A stretch of DNA of 63,921 nucleotides, the filler included, from Octopus bimaculoides (Eukaryota): the NCBI RefSeq assembly GCF_001194135.2. It is 7 parts of 6 records of this genome, joined end to end, with 100 filler letters (N's around TTAATTAATTAA, not from the genome) between each part and the next. Parts side by side here need not be neighbours in the genome. Positions count along the whole stretch, not along the records: positions 51,932 to 60,935 come from NC_068982.1; positions 61,036 to 63,921 come from NC_068996.1; 5 more parts are not named here. One strand, given 5' to 3'. Shown in pieces: positions 53,987 through 63,921 of this stretch. Position numbers and translations under genes: made by a program. Every line of letters starts with the position of its first letter. Within the stretch, counting starts at the first letter, position 1. Under the pieces are notes generated by a model. The model saw only the letters and a program-made list of their open reading frames with translations, was not told the DNA's origin and did no database searches.

Positions 53987-54510
53987 ATTACGTGAATAAT
54001 ATTTGGAGCTGCATAGTTGTCTCCCTTAGTTGACTGCTGCTTTGCATCGAAATGTTAGTTTCTATACAAACACGCACAAACAGACGCGCTCACTTTCTTA
54101 TATGCTCGCACATATAAGAAAGTGAGCGAGTGAGCGAGTGAGTGAATGAGTGAATGAGTGAGGGAGGGGGAGAGAGAAAAGAAGAGGGAGAGAGAAAGGG
54201 AGAGGGAGAGAGATAGGGAGAGGAGGAGAGATAGGGAGAGGGAGAGTGGAGAGAGAGAGAGAGGAAAACAGAGAGAGAGAGAGAGAAAGAGGGAGAATTA
54301 TATATCATTTCCAAGCTAAAACTTCGCAAATATTTCGACCGAGTTACATGTCTTCGATATTCGGAATCGATTGCCCGATAGATAGATGATTAATATGATA
54401 CTTAGAGAAAAAGAGACGGGCAGACAGACATATATATATATATTTATTTATTTATCTATGTGTTTCAGCCAAGTGGCTGCGGTCATGCTGGTGCCCCACC
54501 GTGAGATATT

Positions 54511-54546
54511 AAAAAAAATATGGAACGCTTCACGAATTTGTATATC
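54511..54546 (-). pseudogene. U6: U6 snRNA 3'-terminal fragment
   Basis: GATATACAAATTCGTGAAGCGTTCCATATTTTTTTT versus U6 GACACGCAAATTCGTGAAGCGTTCCATATTTTT. Confidence 0.85.
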
Positions 54547-55312
54547 AAGATTAAATAAAAAGACAACAAATATATATANNNNNNNNNNNNNNNNNNNNNN
54601 NNNNNNNNNNNNNNNNNNNNNNNNNNNNNNNNNNNNNNNNNNNNNNNNNNNNNNNNNNNNNNNNNNNNNNNNNNNNNNNNNNNNNNNNNNNNNNNNNNNN
54701 NNNNNNNNNNNNNNNNNNNNNNNNNNNNNNNNNNNNNNNNNNNNNNNNNNNNNNNNNNNNNNNNNNNNNNNNNNNNNNNNNNNNNNNNNNNNNNNNNNNN
54801 NNNNNNNNNNNNNNNNNNNNNNNNNNNNNNNNNNNNNNNNNNNNNNNNNNNNNNNNNNNNNNNNNNNNNNNNNNNNNNNNNNNNNNNNNNNNNNNNNNNN
54901 NNNNNNNNNNNNNNNNNNNNNNNNNNNNNNNNNNNNNNNNNNNNNNNNNNNNNNNNNNNNNNNNNNNNNNNNNNNNNNNNNNNNNNNNNNNNNNNNNNNN
55001 NNNNNNNNNNNNNNNNNNNNNNNNNNNNNNNNNNNNNNNNNNNNNNNNNNNNNNNNNNNNNNNNNNNNNNNNNNNNNNNNNNNNNNNNNNNNNNNNNNNN
55101 NNNNNNNNNNNNNNNNNNNNNNNNNNNNNNNNNNNNNNNNNNNNNAGAGAGAGAGAGAGAAAGAGGGAGAATTATATATCATTTCCAAGCTAAAACTTCG
55201 CAAATATTTCGACCGAGTTACATGTCTTCGATATTCGGAATCGATTGCCCGATAGATAGATGATTAATATGATACTTAGAGAAAAAGAGACGGGCAGACA
55301 GACATATATATA

Positions 55313-55433
55313 TATGGATTAAAACAGTTTGATTCAAATTCGTCGGTACTCCGAGAGTTTAAAGCGTGATGCCATTCAGTCATTTTTATTTCACACTTGA
55401 AACTCTCGGAGTATCAATGAATCATGATCCATA
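55313..55433. repeat. Imperfect 120-bp hairpin, possibly a MITE
   Basis: tactccgagagtttaaagcgtga (55347-55369) pairs with tcacacttgaaactctcggagta (55391-55413); outer tatggat/atccata. Confidence 0.7.
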
Positions 55434-55486
55434 CATGTAACTTCTAATAAATGTGTTGAGTGCCCTTCTTTCGTTAGTTCACTATA

Positions 55487-56373
55487 CGTAGTCTGATCAA
55501 TAGGTATCCGGACTGTTGCCATAATAACGAAGCTAAAGCACGCAGAGTGAAACTACTTGGCACAGATTGACCTTGAACTCTGCAGTGCATGCTCACCACA
55601 CTTTAACGTTTTAGTTCACTTCCGCTGTTTACAGCAATACTTGGAAGGAACGTGTGTAGCGCGTGATCGTCACATTGACTATGACAGTGAAAGTTGAGCA
55701 GAATCTGCATAAAATTTGGCCAAAAGCTTGGCGATACCAGCTCAGAGGCCTACGCAAAGTTTTCAAAATGTTTTCATCGTTCTCGACACAATCAAGATCT
55801 TGTGGAAGTGAAACCTGAGTGTCTTTTCGGTCAGCGGAAAGCAGTTTTGACACAAACTTGGCAGACACGAGTCTCATGCTTAAATCTTCAATGATAATGG
55901 ACTGAACTGAACCCTAACTGATCTGCACATATTCTGATAACTCACGGATTGTGATTCGAAAATTTCTCCTCACAGCTACATGCACATCTGCGATGTTTTT
56001 CTCAGTTCTGCTGGTTACGAGTCTCCCAGAACGTTCGTCAATATCGACATTTGGAATACGTCTGAACCACTCGTACACTTGTGTGTGGTACATACACTCC
56101 TCTCCATACACTTTCTGAAACTTTGTGTAGGCCTCTAAGCAGGTATCGCCATGACAACTTTCTCTGTGATGGTCAATGTGACGATCACATGCCTCTGAGC
56201 AAGTATCGCCATGACAACTTTCTCTGTGATGGTCAATGCGATGATCACACGCTACACATCTTCCTTCCAAGTACTGCTGTAAACAGCGGAAGTTAGCTAG
56301 AACGTTAAAACGTAGTGTGCATGCACTGCAGAGTTCAAGGTCAATCTGTGCCAAGCGGCTTCACTCTGCGTTA
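55487..56373. mobile_element. Rearranged mariner (fold-back with two 5' ends)
   Basis: Plus strand: TIR, 5' UTR and ICIKFGQKLGDTSSEAYAKF. Minus strand: 5' UTR, EAYTKFQKVYGEEC..VYEWF..ERSGR, RLVSAKFVSKLL. Arms 55540-55770 and 56110-56373 are inverted copies. Confidence 0.85.
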
Positions 56374-56875
56374 GATTTTTCTTTCTAGCTTTTACTTCAT
56401 TTAGAACTGATTTGTCTATATATAATAGATCATGCGTTCCTATAGCCTTCTTCCTGCAACCTTTTTGTTCTTCTAGCAGTAAATTCTAGTTGTCAAAGTG
56501 TTCGTAAATGCTTTCTGAAAGCATTCCTGTAAACAGCTTCCACACTAATGGTAAGCAAGTTATTGGTCTATAGTGATTGTCTGTAGCTGTATTACCCTTG
56601 CTCTATCTTTCATAATAAGTATTGTCCTCCCTCTAGTCATCCAATCTAGTATTATTCCTCCATTAAGACAATCCTGAAGTTGTTCCCTCAGACTCCCATG
56701 TAAACTATTAAATTTCTTTAGTCAGTACCCTTGAACTAAATCTGATCCTGGGCTCTTCCAATTAGGCATTTTTCCTAACACTTTACTCATTAATGCACGA
56801 GTTAGTCTTAGATCTGGCTGCTTCTCACTCACTATTTCTTCCCTCACTTTCTTTAATCATACTGCATCTCCGTAA
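56374..56875 (-). mobile_element. R4/Dong-like LINE, N-terminal part of RT
   Basis: KMPNWKSPGSDLVQGY*LK...[16 protein letters not shown]...EEQKGCRKK..THDLLYIDK. Confidence 0.85.
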
Positions 56876-56889
56876 CTATTATCATTATT

Positions 56890-56942
<53 letters not shown>

Positions 56943-56944
56943 AT

Positions 56945-57490
56945 TAAAACTCAGCTTATATTACTGGGTATAATGGAAAGTGTCAGCTGTCACAGCCAGC
57001 AGACTAAGGTAACACTTGTTATATTTGTCATGCTTCAAGAACCCTGCTAAGAATTCTTGCAGTTCCAAGCAATGCTGATTTTTGTAGGTGTTCTACCTTC
57101 ACATATATACCAATCTTTTTGTGCCATGTTGGTAGTTGAGTGCTGCTACTTCCAAATTCTCCAATTACTGTTGATATCACATCTACTCTCCACATTGACC
57201 ACAACCTTTGTATTTCCCACTTCAAATCGTCATAGTTGCTTATTTTTTCTTCTTTCTCATCGATCCTGTTGTCACCGGGACATGCTATGTCGAGTATCAT
57301 GCATGTTCTTTCTTTTTTTTATTCACCACAACGATGTCTGGATTCTGATGTTTGATCAGGTGATCGCACTGAATCATTGTATCCCACAGGACTTTGCAAT
57401 TTTCATTCTCGGTGACTCCTTGTGGTGTTTACTCAAACAACGCTTTTTGCTATTTGTAGGTTGTGATTTCCACAGAGCTTCCAATGGATC
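56945..57490 (-). mobile_element. R4/Dong-like LINE 3' end (RLE endonuclease), 5'-truncated
   Basis: ILDIACPGDNRIDEKEEK..YDDLKWEIQRLW...LQKSALLGTARILSRVLEA*; flanked by (AAT)n and (AAC)n. Confidence 0.9.
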
Positions 57491-57550
<60 letters not shown>

Positions 57551-57554
57551 CATA

Positions 57555-58200
57555 CAAACAACAGATTAGGCTGTTGGAAAAGAAAAGAATCCTAGTATCG
57601 GGCTACAACAAGTTGCCTTAGATGCCAAGAACCCTCCTATCAGGTTACAGTAACTTTAGACACCAAGAACTCTCCTAAGTATCCTAGCTGTTCCTAATAA
57701 CACTGTTTTCTTGAGCTGTACTAAACTGGGCTTTACGCCTATTTCCTCTATCCATCTTTTCAGATCTTTATGGATAGATCCCAATGAACCAATAAGTACT
57801 GGGATACATTTTAACCGCACTTTCCATAGTCTCTGTCTGTAATTCAATGATACTTTGCTATTTTTTCTCATATTAATTTTTCATCATTTGGGATTGTATA
57901 GTCAATTATTTGGCACTTTCTATTCTCGATATCTACTACTACCAAATCAGGCCTTCTAGCTTCTATTATTCTGTCAGTTTGAATGTTAAAGTCCCACAAC
58001 ATCTTGTGCTTCTTACTTTCTAGTACTTTACTAGGTTCATGTTCATACCATTTATCAGTATGTTCAAATCCTAGCGTTCTACAAAGCTCCTAGTGGATTG
58101 CTCTCCCTGGATTGTCATGTCTTTTCTTGTATTCTTTGCGCCAGTAGGCTACATTCACTTACTATATGAGTAATGCTTTCCTCTTTTGATTTGCATAATC
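57555..58200 (-). mobile_element. Second R4/Dong-like LINE 3' end
   Basis: RRPDLVVVDIE..CQIIDYTIPND...IPVLIGSLGS...LKKTVLLGTARILRRVLGV*; (AAT)n on both sides. Confidence 0.9.
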
Positions 58201-58204
58201 TACC

Positions 58205-58271
<67 letters not shown>

Positions 58272-58400
58272 CGAGTGAGAGAGCAAAGCATGCCATCAAA
58301 GTGACACTGGGGTAAAATATATGAAGCCCATTATACCCATCATGACTACCCGTCTGATAAGGGTACACTAGGCACATGCATCACAACCATATGTGCATGA
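58272..58400 (-). mobile_element. Retroposon 3' tail (probably an RTE 3' UTR) ending in (TAA)n
   Basis: gtacccttatcagacgggtagtcatgatgggtat...ctctctcactcg then (ata)n; family assignment from recall. Confidence 0.55.
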
Positions 58401-58409
58401 TTATTATTT

Positions 58410-59567
58410 TATTGCCTTGCACAGCTTCTAACGCTGGAAGTGTACTGCGGTGTCAGTTGTTCACTACCAGTGAACTAAGGTAATACCTCTTATTTTTCGA
58501 GTACCACCCGGAGTATTCGAGCGATTCCAAGCAGTGCTTTTCTGCAAGTGTCCACCCTTATTGCAGCCCCTATTTGTTCCATGTCGAGTTTTTCTCAAGA
58601 ATTTTACTCTCTGTTTTCAGGGCTCCGACAATTATTAGTACTGTTACCACCTTTTCAGCGACCACAACTGCTTAACCGCCCAAGCTAACTTGTTATATCT
58701 ATCGACTTTTCTTTCTTACTTATTGCATATCTTGTTGTCAGCTAGGCATGCTATATCTATGATCCAGCATCGTTTGCTTTCTTTTTCAATTAACACTATG
58801 TCTGGTTTCCTATTCTATATCTCATGGTCGCACTGAATCATAAAATCCCATAGGATCTTTGCATTATCATTTTCAATGATGCCTTCGACTTTATCTTCGT
58901 ACCAATGTTTTGCTCTGTCAAGTCCATACTTTATGCAAAGTGCCCAACAGACAATCATTGCTATAGTGTCATTATATTCTTATATTCTTTCTGGGCTAGT
59001 GGTGTATATTGACTGGTAATATGCCATACGGTTTCACCATTTTGTCCACGAATTCTGCACTTATCACTTTCTGATATCAGCACTGAAAGTATACACCGTA
59101 TCAACGAGGGAACTGACTTAGGATTCATCTTTATTATAAAGTTTGAGGTCATCCATGAATAACAAGTGGTTGACTTTTTGTTGGCGACTTTTGAATACAT
59201 ACCCAGCCTTAGCTTTCCTCAAAATCAGTGTTAGTGGTATCATGTACAGTACAAAGATCAGTGGGGACAGGCAGTCCTCTTGGAAGATGCCTCTCCTGAC
59301 TTCTATTGTCTCTAAACTTCTTCCATGTGTCGTCAGTTACGTCCTCCACTTCGTCATACTTTTTCCAAGCAATTGCTCAACATTCGATGCAATATCAAAT
59401 AGGTTCGTACATTCCACAATCCAAGAATGTGGGATCATATCGTACGCCTTGCGATAATCGATTCATGACATGGCTGAGTTAGTTCTCCTCCTCTTGCAGT
59501 CTCTAAGTACAGTTTTGTCTACCAGGAGTTGATCCTTGGTACCTCTGCACTTACGCTTGCACTTACT

Positions 59568-59568
<1 letters not shown>
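58410..59568 (-). mobile_element. Third R4/Dong-like LINE (RT plus RLE, internally deleted)
   Basis: [31 protein letters not shown]; KILWDFMIQCDHEI*NRKPDIVLIEKESKRCWIIDIAC. Confidence 0.9.
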
Positions 59569-59636
<68 letters not shown>

Positions 59637-59639
59637 TCC

Positions 59640-59765
59640 GCCGAAAACGATTTTGCCTTTCATCCTTTCAGGGTCGATAAAATAAGTACCAGTTGAACAC
59701 TGGGATCGATGTAATCGACTCATCCCTTCCCCCAAAATTGCTGCCCTTGTGGCAAAATTTGAATC
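59640..59765 (+). mobile_element. Family B SINE, 3' part, inside a TTA microsatellite
   Basis: gcctttcatcctttcagggtcgataaaataagtacc. Confidence 0.85.
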
Positions 59766-59766
59766 C

Positions 59767-59851
<85 letters not shown>

Positions 59852-60454
59852 TCATCATCATCATCATCATCATTATTATATGTTTGGCTTTTGCTTTGTA
59901 TTTGTATAAGTTGACACCAAATCTCATCCAGAGACCTCAAGGGACAACAGGTTAGAAGTTCAAGCTGGTGTCTGACTAAGGTACCATATATTTCGTTTTG
60001 CACAGTGTATTGTTCTAGAGAATGTCTGTCAAAATATATGTATATTAGAAGTTTGTTTTAAAAGCAATTTGATTATAAGATGATAGTCTGATATTAAGAT
60101 GACAGTAAAAGGTATTTGCTGTTACCCATGTTTCCAGAGGTGAATTAGTCAAACCCCGAAATAGTTCCTCTCAGTACGCCGTCCATCATCACATTCAATA
60201 GGAAAAAGTACAGCACTCGATGCTAGAGAAGATCGCTGGATGTTAACAGAATGTGCTGAATAGCCTTCTCTGGAGGCTTTTCTGATTTGGGATTCTTTTA
60301 ACTTTTTCGTGTTTCAATCAGGGTACCGCAACCATGCTGGGACACCTTCCTGAAGAGTGTAGTCGGACAAATAGATACTAGTTGCCAACCAATGTTGGGG
60401 GACAAACACAAATAAAAAGATACACACAATCATATACATACATGCATATGTACT

Positions 60455-60665
60455 CTTTTCTATTCTAGGCACAAGGCCCGAAATTTTGGGGGAGGGAGCC
60501 AGTCGATTAAATTGACCCCAGTACGCAACGGGTACTTAATTTTTCGACCCCGAAAGGATGAAAGGCAAAGTCGATCTCGGTGGAATTTGAACTCAGAACG
60601 TGAAGACAGGCAAAATACTACTAAGCATTTCACCCGGCATGCTAACGTTTCTATCAGGTCGCTGC
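60455..60665 (-). mobile_element. Family B SINE
   Basis: Matches 38889-39100. Confidence 0.85.
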
Positions 60666-60671
60666 CTTACA

Positions 60672-60935
60672 TACATAATTAATCACGTACTGTCTGTGTG
60701 AATCCCTAAAACTCGAGAACTACGCAACCAATTTCATTCAAATTTTACACATGCCTTACTTAGGGTTCCAGTTGTGTTTTAGTCAAAAACATTTTTAATT
60801 TCTTGCAGAGTTCGAGCCCACGGCAACATAATATCTCCTCCACTATTTAAGTATTACGTGTCAAAAGTGAAACAAAAACACCCATGTCAAATACTTTCAC
60901 TTTAAAAATGAAACTATTCCACTAACTGAAACAAT
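60672..60935 (+). mobile_element. Possible Helitron/HINE-like fragment
   Basis: tgtctgtgtgaatccctaaaactcgagaactacgcaaccaatttcattcaaatttt resembles HINE internal sequence; cut by a gap. Confidence 0.35.
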
Positions 60936-61056
60936 NNNNNNNNNNNNNNNNNNNNNNNNNNNNNNNNNNNNNNNNNNNNTTAATTAATTAANNNNNNNNN
61001 NNNNNNNNNNNNNNNNNNNNNNNNNNNNNNNNNNNATATATATATATATATATATA

Positions 61057-61488
61057 TAATTATTGATTATAATTCAGGGTACAAGATTGTGCCAGCGTTG
61101 CTAGAAATAAGAGTAAAAACACCCAAATAAGCCACAATCTCACTGAAAGTTTAAGATGCTACAGAAAATCGAGGAACGAGAAAAATATTTAACCTACCAT
61201 TGCGTGAGAGAAGAGGCAAATTTATTTGCAGATATATAGGTCTCGCTAGGCAGCTAGATCAGAACTAAGTGGAATATCTCAAAGTTTGAAATGACGTCAT
61301 ATAGGTATATTTGCAAATTAATTTGCAGCTTCTCCCACCCAATGCCCAGTTAACATTTTACTCGTTCCTCGATTTTCGTCAGCATGTGAAAGTTTCAGCT
61401 GATATTGTCGCTTATTTGAGTATTTTTCGACTCATATTTCTGGCAACGTTGGTACATTCTTGTACTCTTTATCATGATTAATAATTAA
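61057..61488. mobile_element. Fold-back MITE with about 180-bp diverged TIRs
   Basis: gtacaagattgtgccagcgttgctagaaata...aaaatcgaggaacgag versus the reverse complement of 61300-61488. Confidence 0.75.
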
Positions 61489-62648
61489 TTATTAATTAAA
61501 AAATTTTCAATTTACTTTTTTGCTTTTTATGCTTGCTGGTCACTTATATTACTATTTATCCGTAATAATATCTGTATGTATGTATGTATGTATGTATGTA
61601 TGTATGTATGTATGTATGTATGTATGTATGTATGTATACATACATACATGCATATATNNNNNNNNNNNNNNNNNNNNNNNNNNNNNNNNNNNNNNNNNNN
61701 NNNNNNNNNNNNNNNNNNNNNNNNNNNNNNNNNNNNNNNNNNNNNNNNNNNNNNNNNNNNNNNNNNNNNNNNNNNNNNNNNNNNNNNNNNNNNNNNNNNN
61801 NNNNNNNNNNNNNNNNNNNNNNNNNNNNNNNNNNNNNNNNNNNNNNNNNNNNNNNNNNNNNNNNNNNNNNNNNNNNNNNNNNNNNNNNNNNNNNNNNNNN
61901 NNNNNNNNNNNNNNNNNNNNNNNNNNNNNNNNNNNNNNNNNNNNNNNNNNNNNNNNNNNNNNNNNNNNNNNNNNNNNNNNNNNNNNNNNNNNNNNNNNNN
62001 NNNNNNNNNNNNNNNNNNNNNNNNNNNNNNNNNNNNNNNNNNNNNNNNNNNNNNNNNNNNNNNNNNNNNNNNNNNNNNNNNNNNNNNNNNNNNNNNNNNN
62101 NNNNNNNNNNNNNNNNNNNNNNNNNNNNNNNNNNNNNNNNNNNNNNNNNNNNNNNNNNNNNNNNNNNNNNNNNNNNNNNNNNNNNNNNNNNNNNNNNNNN
62201 NNNNNNNNNNNNNNNNNNNNNNNNNNNNNNNNNNNNNNNNNNNNNNNNNNNNNNNNNNNNNNNNNNNNNNNNNNNNNNNNNNNNNNNNNNNNNNNNNNNN
62301 NNNNNNNNNNNNNNNNNNNNNNNNNNNNNNNNNNNNNNNNNNNNNNNNNNNNNNNNNNNNNNNNNNNNNNNNNNNNNNNNNNNNNNNNNNNNNNNNNNNN
62401 NNNNNNNNNNNNNNNNNNNNNNNNNNNNNNNNNNNNNNNNNNNNNNNNNNNNNNNNNNNNNNNNNNNNNNNNNNNNNNNNNNNNNNNNNNNNNNNNNNNN
62501 NNNNNNNNNNNNNNNNNNNNNNNNNNNNNNNNNNNNNNNNNNNNNNNNNNNNNNNNNNNNNNNNNNNNNNNNNNNNNNNNNNNNNNNNNNNNNNNNNNNN
62601 NNNNNNNNNNNNNNNNNNNNNNNNNNNNNNNNNNNNNNNNNNNNNNAG

Positions 62649-63035
62649 AGGCTGTGTGGTAAGTAGCTTGCTTACCAACCACATGGTTCCGGGTTCAGTC
62701 CCATTGCGTGGTACCTTGAGCAAGTGCCTTCTACTATAGCCTCGGGCCGACCAAAGCCTTGTGGGTGGATTTGGGAGACGGAAACTGAAAGAAGCCCGTC
62801 GTATATATGTATATGTATATATATATGTGTGTGTGTTTGTGTCTGTGTTTGTTCCCCCAACATCGCTTGACAACCGATGCTGGTGTGTTTACGTCCCCGT
62901 AACTTAGCGGTTCAGCAAAAGATAGCCGATAGAATAAGTACTAGGCTTACAAAAAATAAGTCCTGGGGTCGATTTGCTCGACTATAGGCGGTGATCCAGC
63001 ATGGCCGCAGTCAAATGACTGAAACATGTAAAGAA
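62649..63035 (+). mobile_element. Near full-length family A SINE
   Basis: ggctgtgtggtaagtagcttgcttaccaacc...ccagcatggccgcagtcaaatgactgaaac. Confidence 0.9.
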
Positions 63036-63345
63036 CATATATTCATATATACACATACACATACATAGACAATACATATATATATTTATATATACGTATA
63101 TACATACATACATATATATATTTATATATACTAGTACACATACATACATGCATATATATATAATTATGTATATATATAATTGTGTGTGTGTAGGTGTGTG
63201 TGTGTGTGTGTGTGGGTGTGGGTGTATGAAGGTTTAAATATTTTATTTTGAAGCCCAAACCATGCAAGTTATGCGAAAATAATAATCCAGGTTGACGGTT
63301 AATACCATTACCTGACAGTTTTTTCTTTCTTTTTCAATATTTCAG

Positions 63346-63442
63346 GTTTGGGGCTCCTTCTTTAGGAAATTTACAGAGAAACGCTTTTGATAGACGATGT
63401 CACGTGTTGTTTTACGTTGCTACTGTATCCAATCGCCTTCGT
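63346..63442 (+). CDS. Candidate exon (5' boundary strong, 3' boundary uncertain)
   Basis: Branch point cctgac, pyrimidine tract ttttttctttctttttc and ttcag; reads FGAPSLGNLQRNAFDRRCHVLFYVATVSNRLR to GT|gtaatt, or VWGSFFRKFTEKRF* as a last exon. Confidence 0.35.
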
Positions 63443-63737
63443 GTAATTCAGAAATGTTCTTTAATTCATAGACTGTACTTAACGTGGCTTCTCTTACTCT
63501 TCACACTCACACACATAAACACGCACATACTACAGAACAGAGACATCAGTTATAAATACCTTTTCTCCCTAAATTTCCTGAAGAAAGAGTCTTACTCCTG
63601 GAATAATAAAACTCTAAATAATAATACTAACCACTTGAGTCGTTCATTTTTCATAAAGTGCTTTGTTTTGACTTTTAGAATATTTATACATATCAGATTA
63701 TGCTTTATGGAATACATATATATATATATCATATATA

Positions 63738-63900
63738 GCCGCAGGAGTGGCTGTGTGGTAAGTAGCTTGCCTACCAACCACATGGTTCAGGGTTCAGTTT
63801 CACTGCGTGGCACCTTGGGCAAGTGTCTTCTACTATAGCCTCGGGCTGACCAAAGCCTTGTGAGTGGATTTGCTAGATGGAAACTGAAAGAAGCCCGCTG
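63738..63900 (+). mobile_element. Family A SINE, 5' half
   Basis: gccgcaggagtggctgtgtggtaag head. Confidence 0.9.
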
Positions 63901-63921
63901 TATATATATATATATATATAT

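Noticed and set aside
54285-55312. Identical duplication of about 150 bp on both sides of a gap
   Set aside because: Same gap-flanking artefact pattern.

Overview
Eukaryotic, AT-rich, microsatellite-saturated draft-assembly DNA with many N gaps. The SINE, LINE and DNA-transposon remnants look like those of coleoid cephalopods, so the source is probably Octopus (inferred, not verified). No complete protein-coding gene is visible, and almost all long ORFs in the track are artefacts of microsatellites or N runs. The window is most likely intronic or intergenic, with a few weak splice-site-supported exon candidates. The recognisable content is a layered transposon landscape: tRNA-derived SINEs, Tx1/L1, CR1-like, RTE, R4/Dong and Penelope-like retroelements, Tc1, mariner and MULE DNA transposons, and Helentron-like HINEs and MITEs. 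The most interesting items are: (1) two families of minimal hammerhead ribozymes in Penelope-like LTR pieces, one with a family-wide A6U core change; (2) a 5'-truncated, polyA-tailed retrocopy of an unrecognised ORF flanked by an 18-bp TSD inside a HINE; (3) a U6 snRNA copy fused head-to-tail to a SINE; (4) a same-strand stack of R4/Dong LINEs in TAA microsatellites; (5) several long fold-back palindromes. Six 100-bp spacers (N44-TTAATTAATTAA-N44) are artificial joins, so contiguity across them is not guaranteed.
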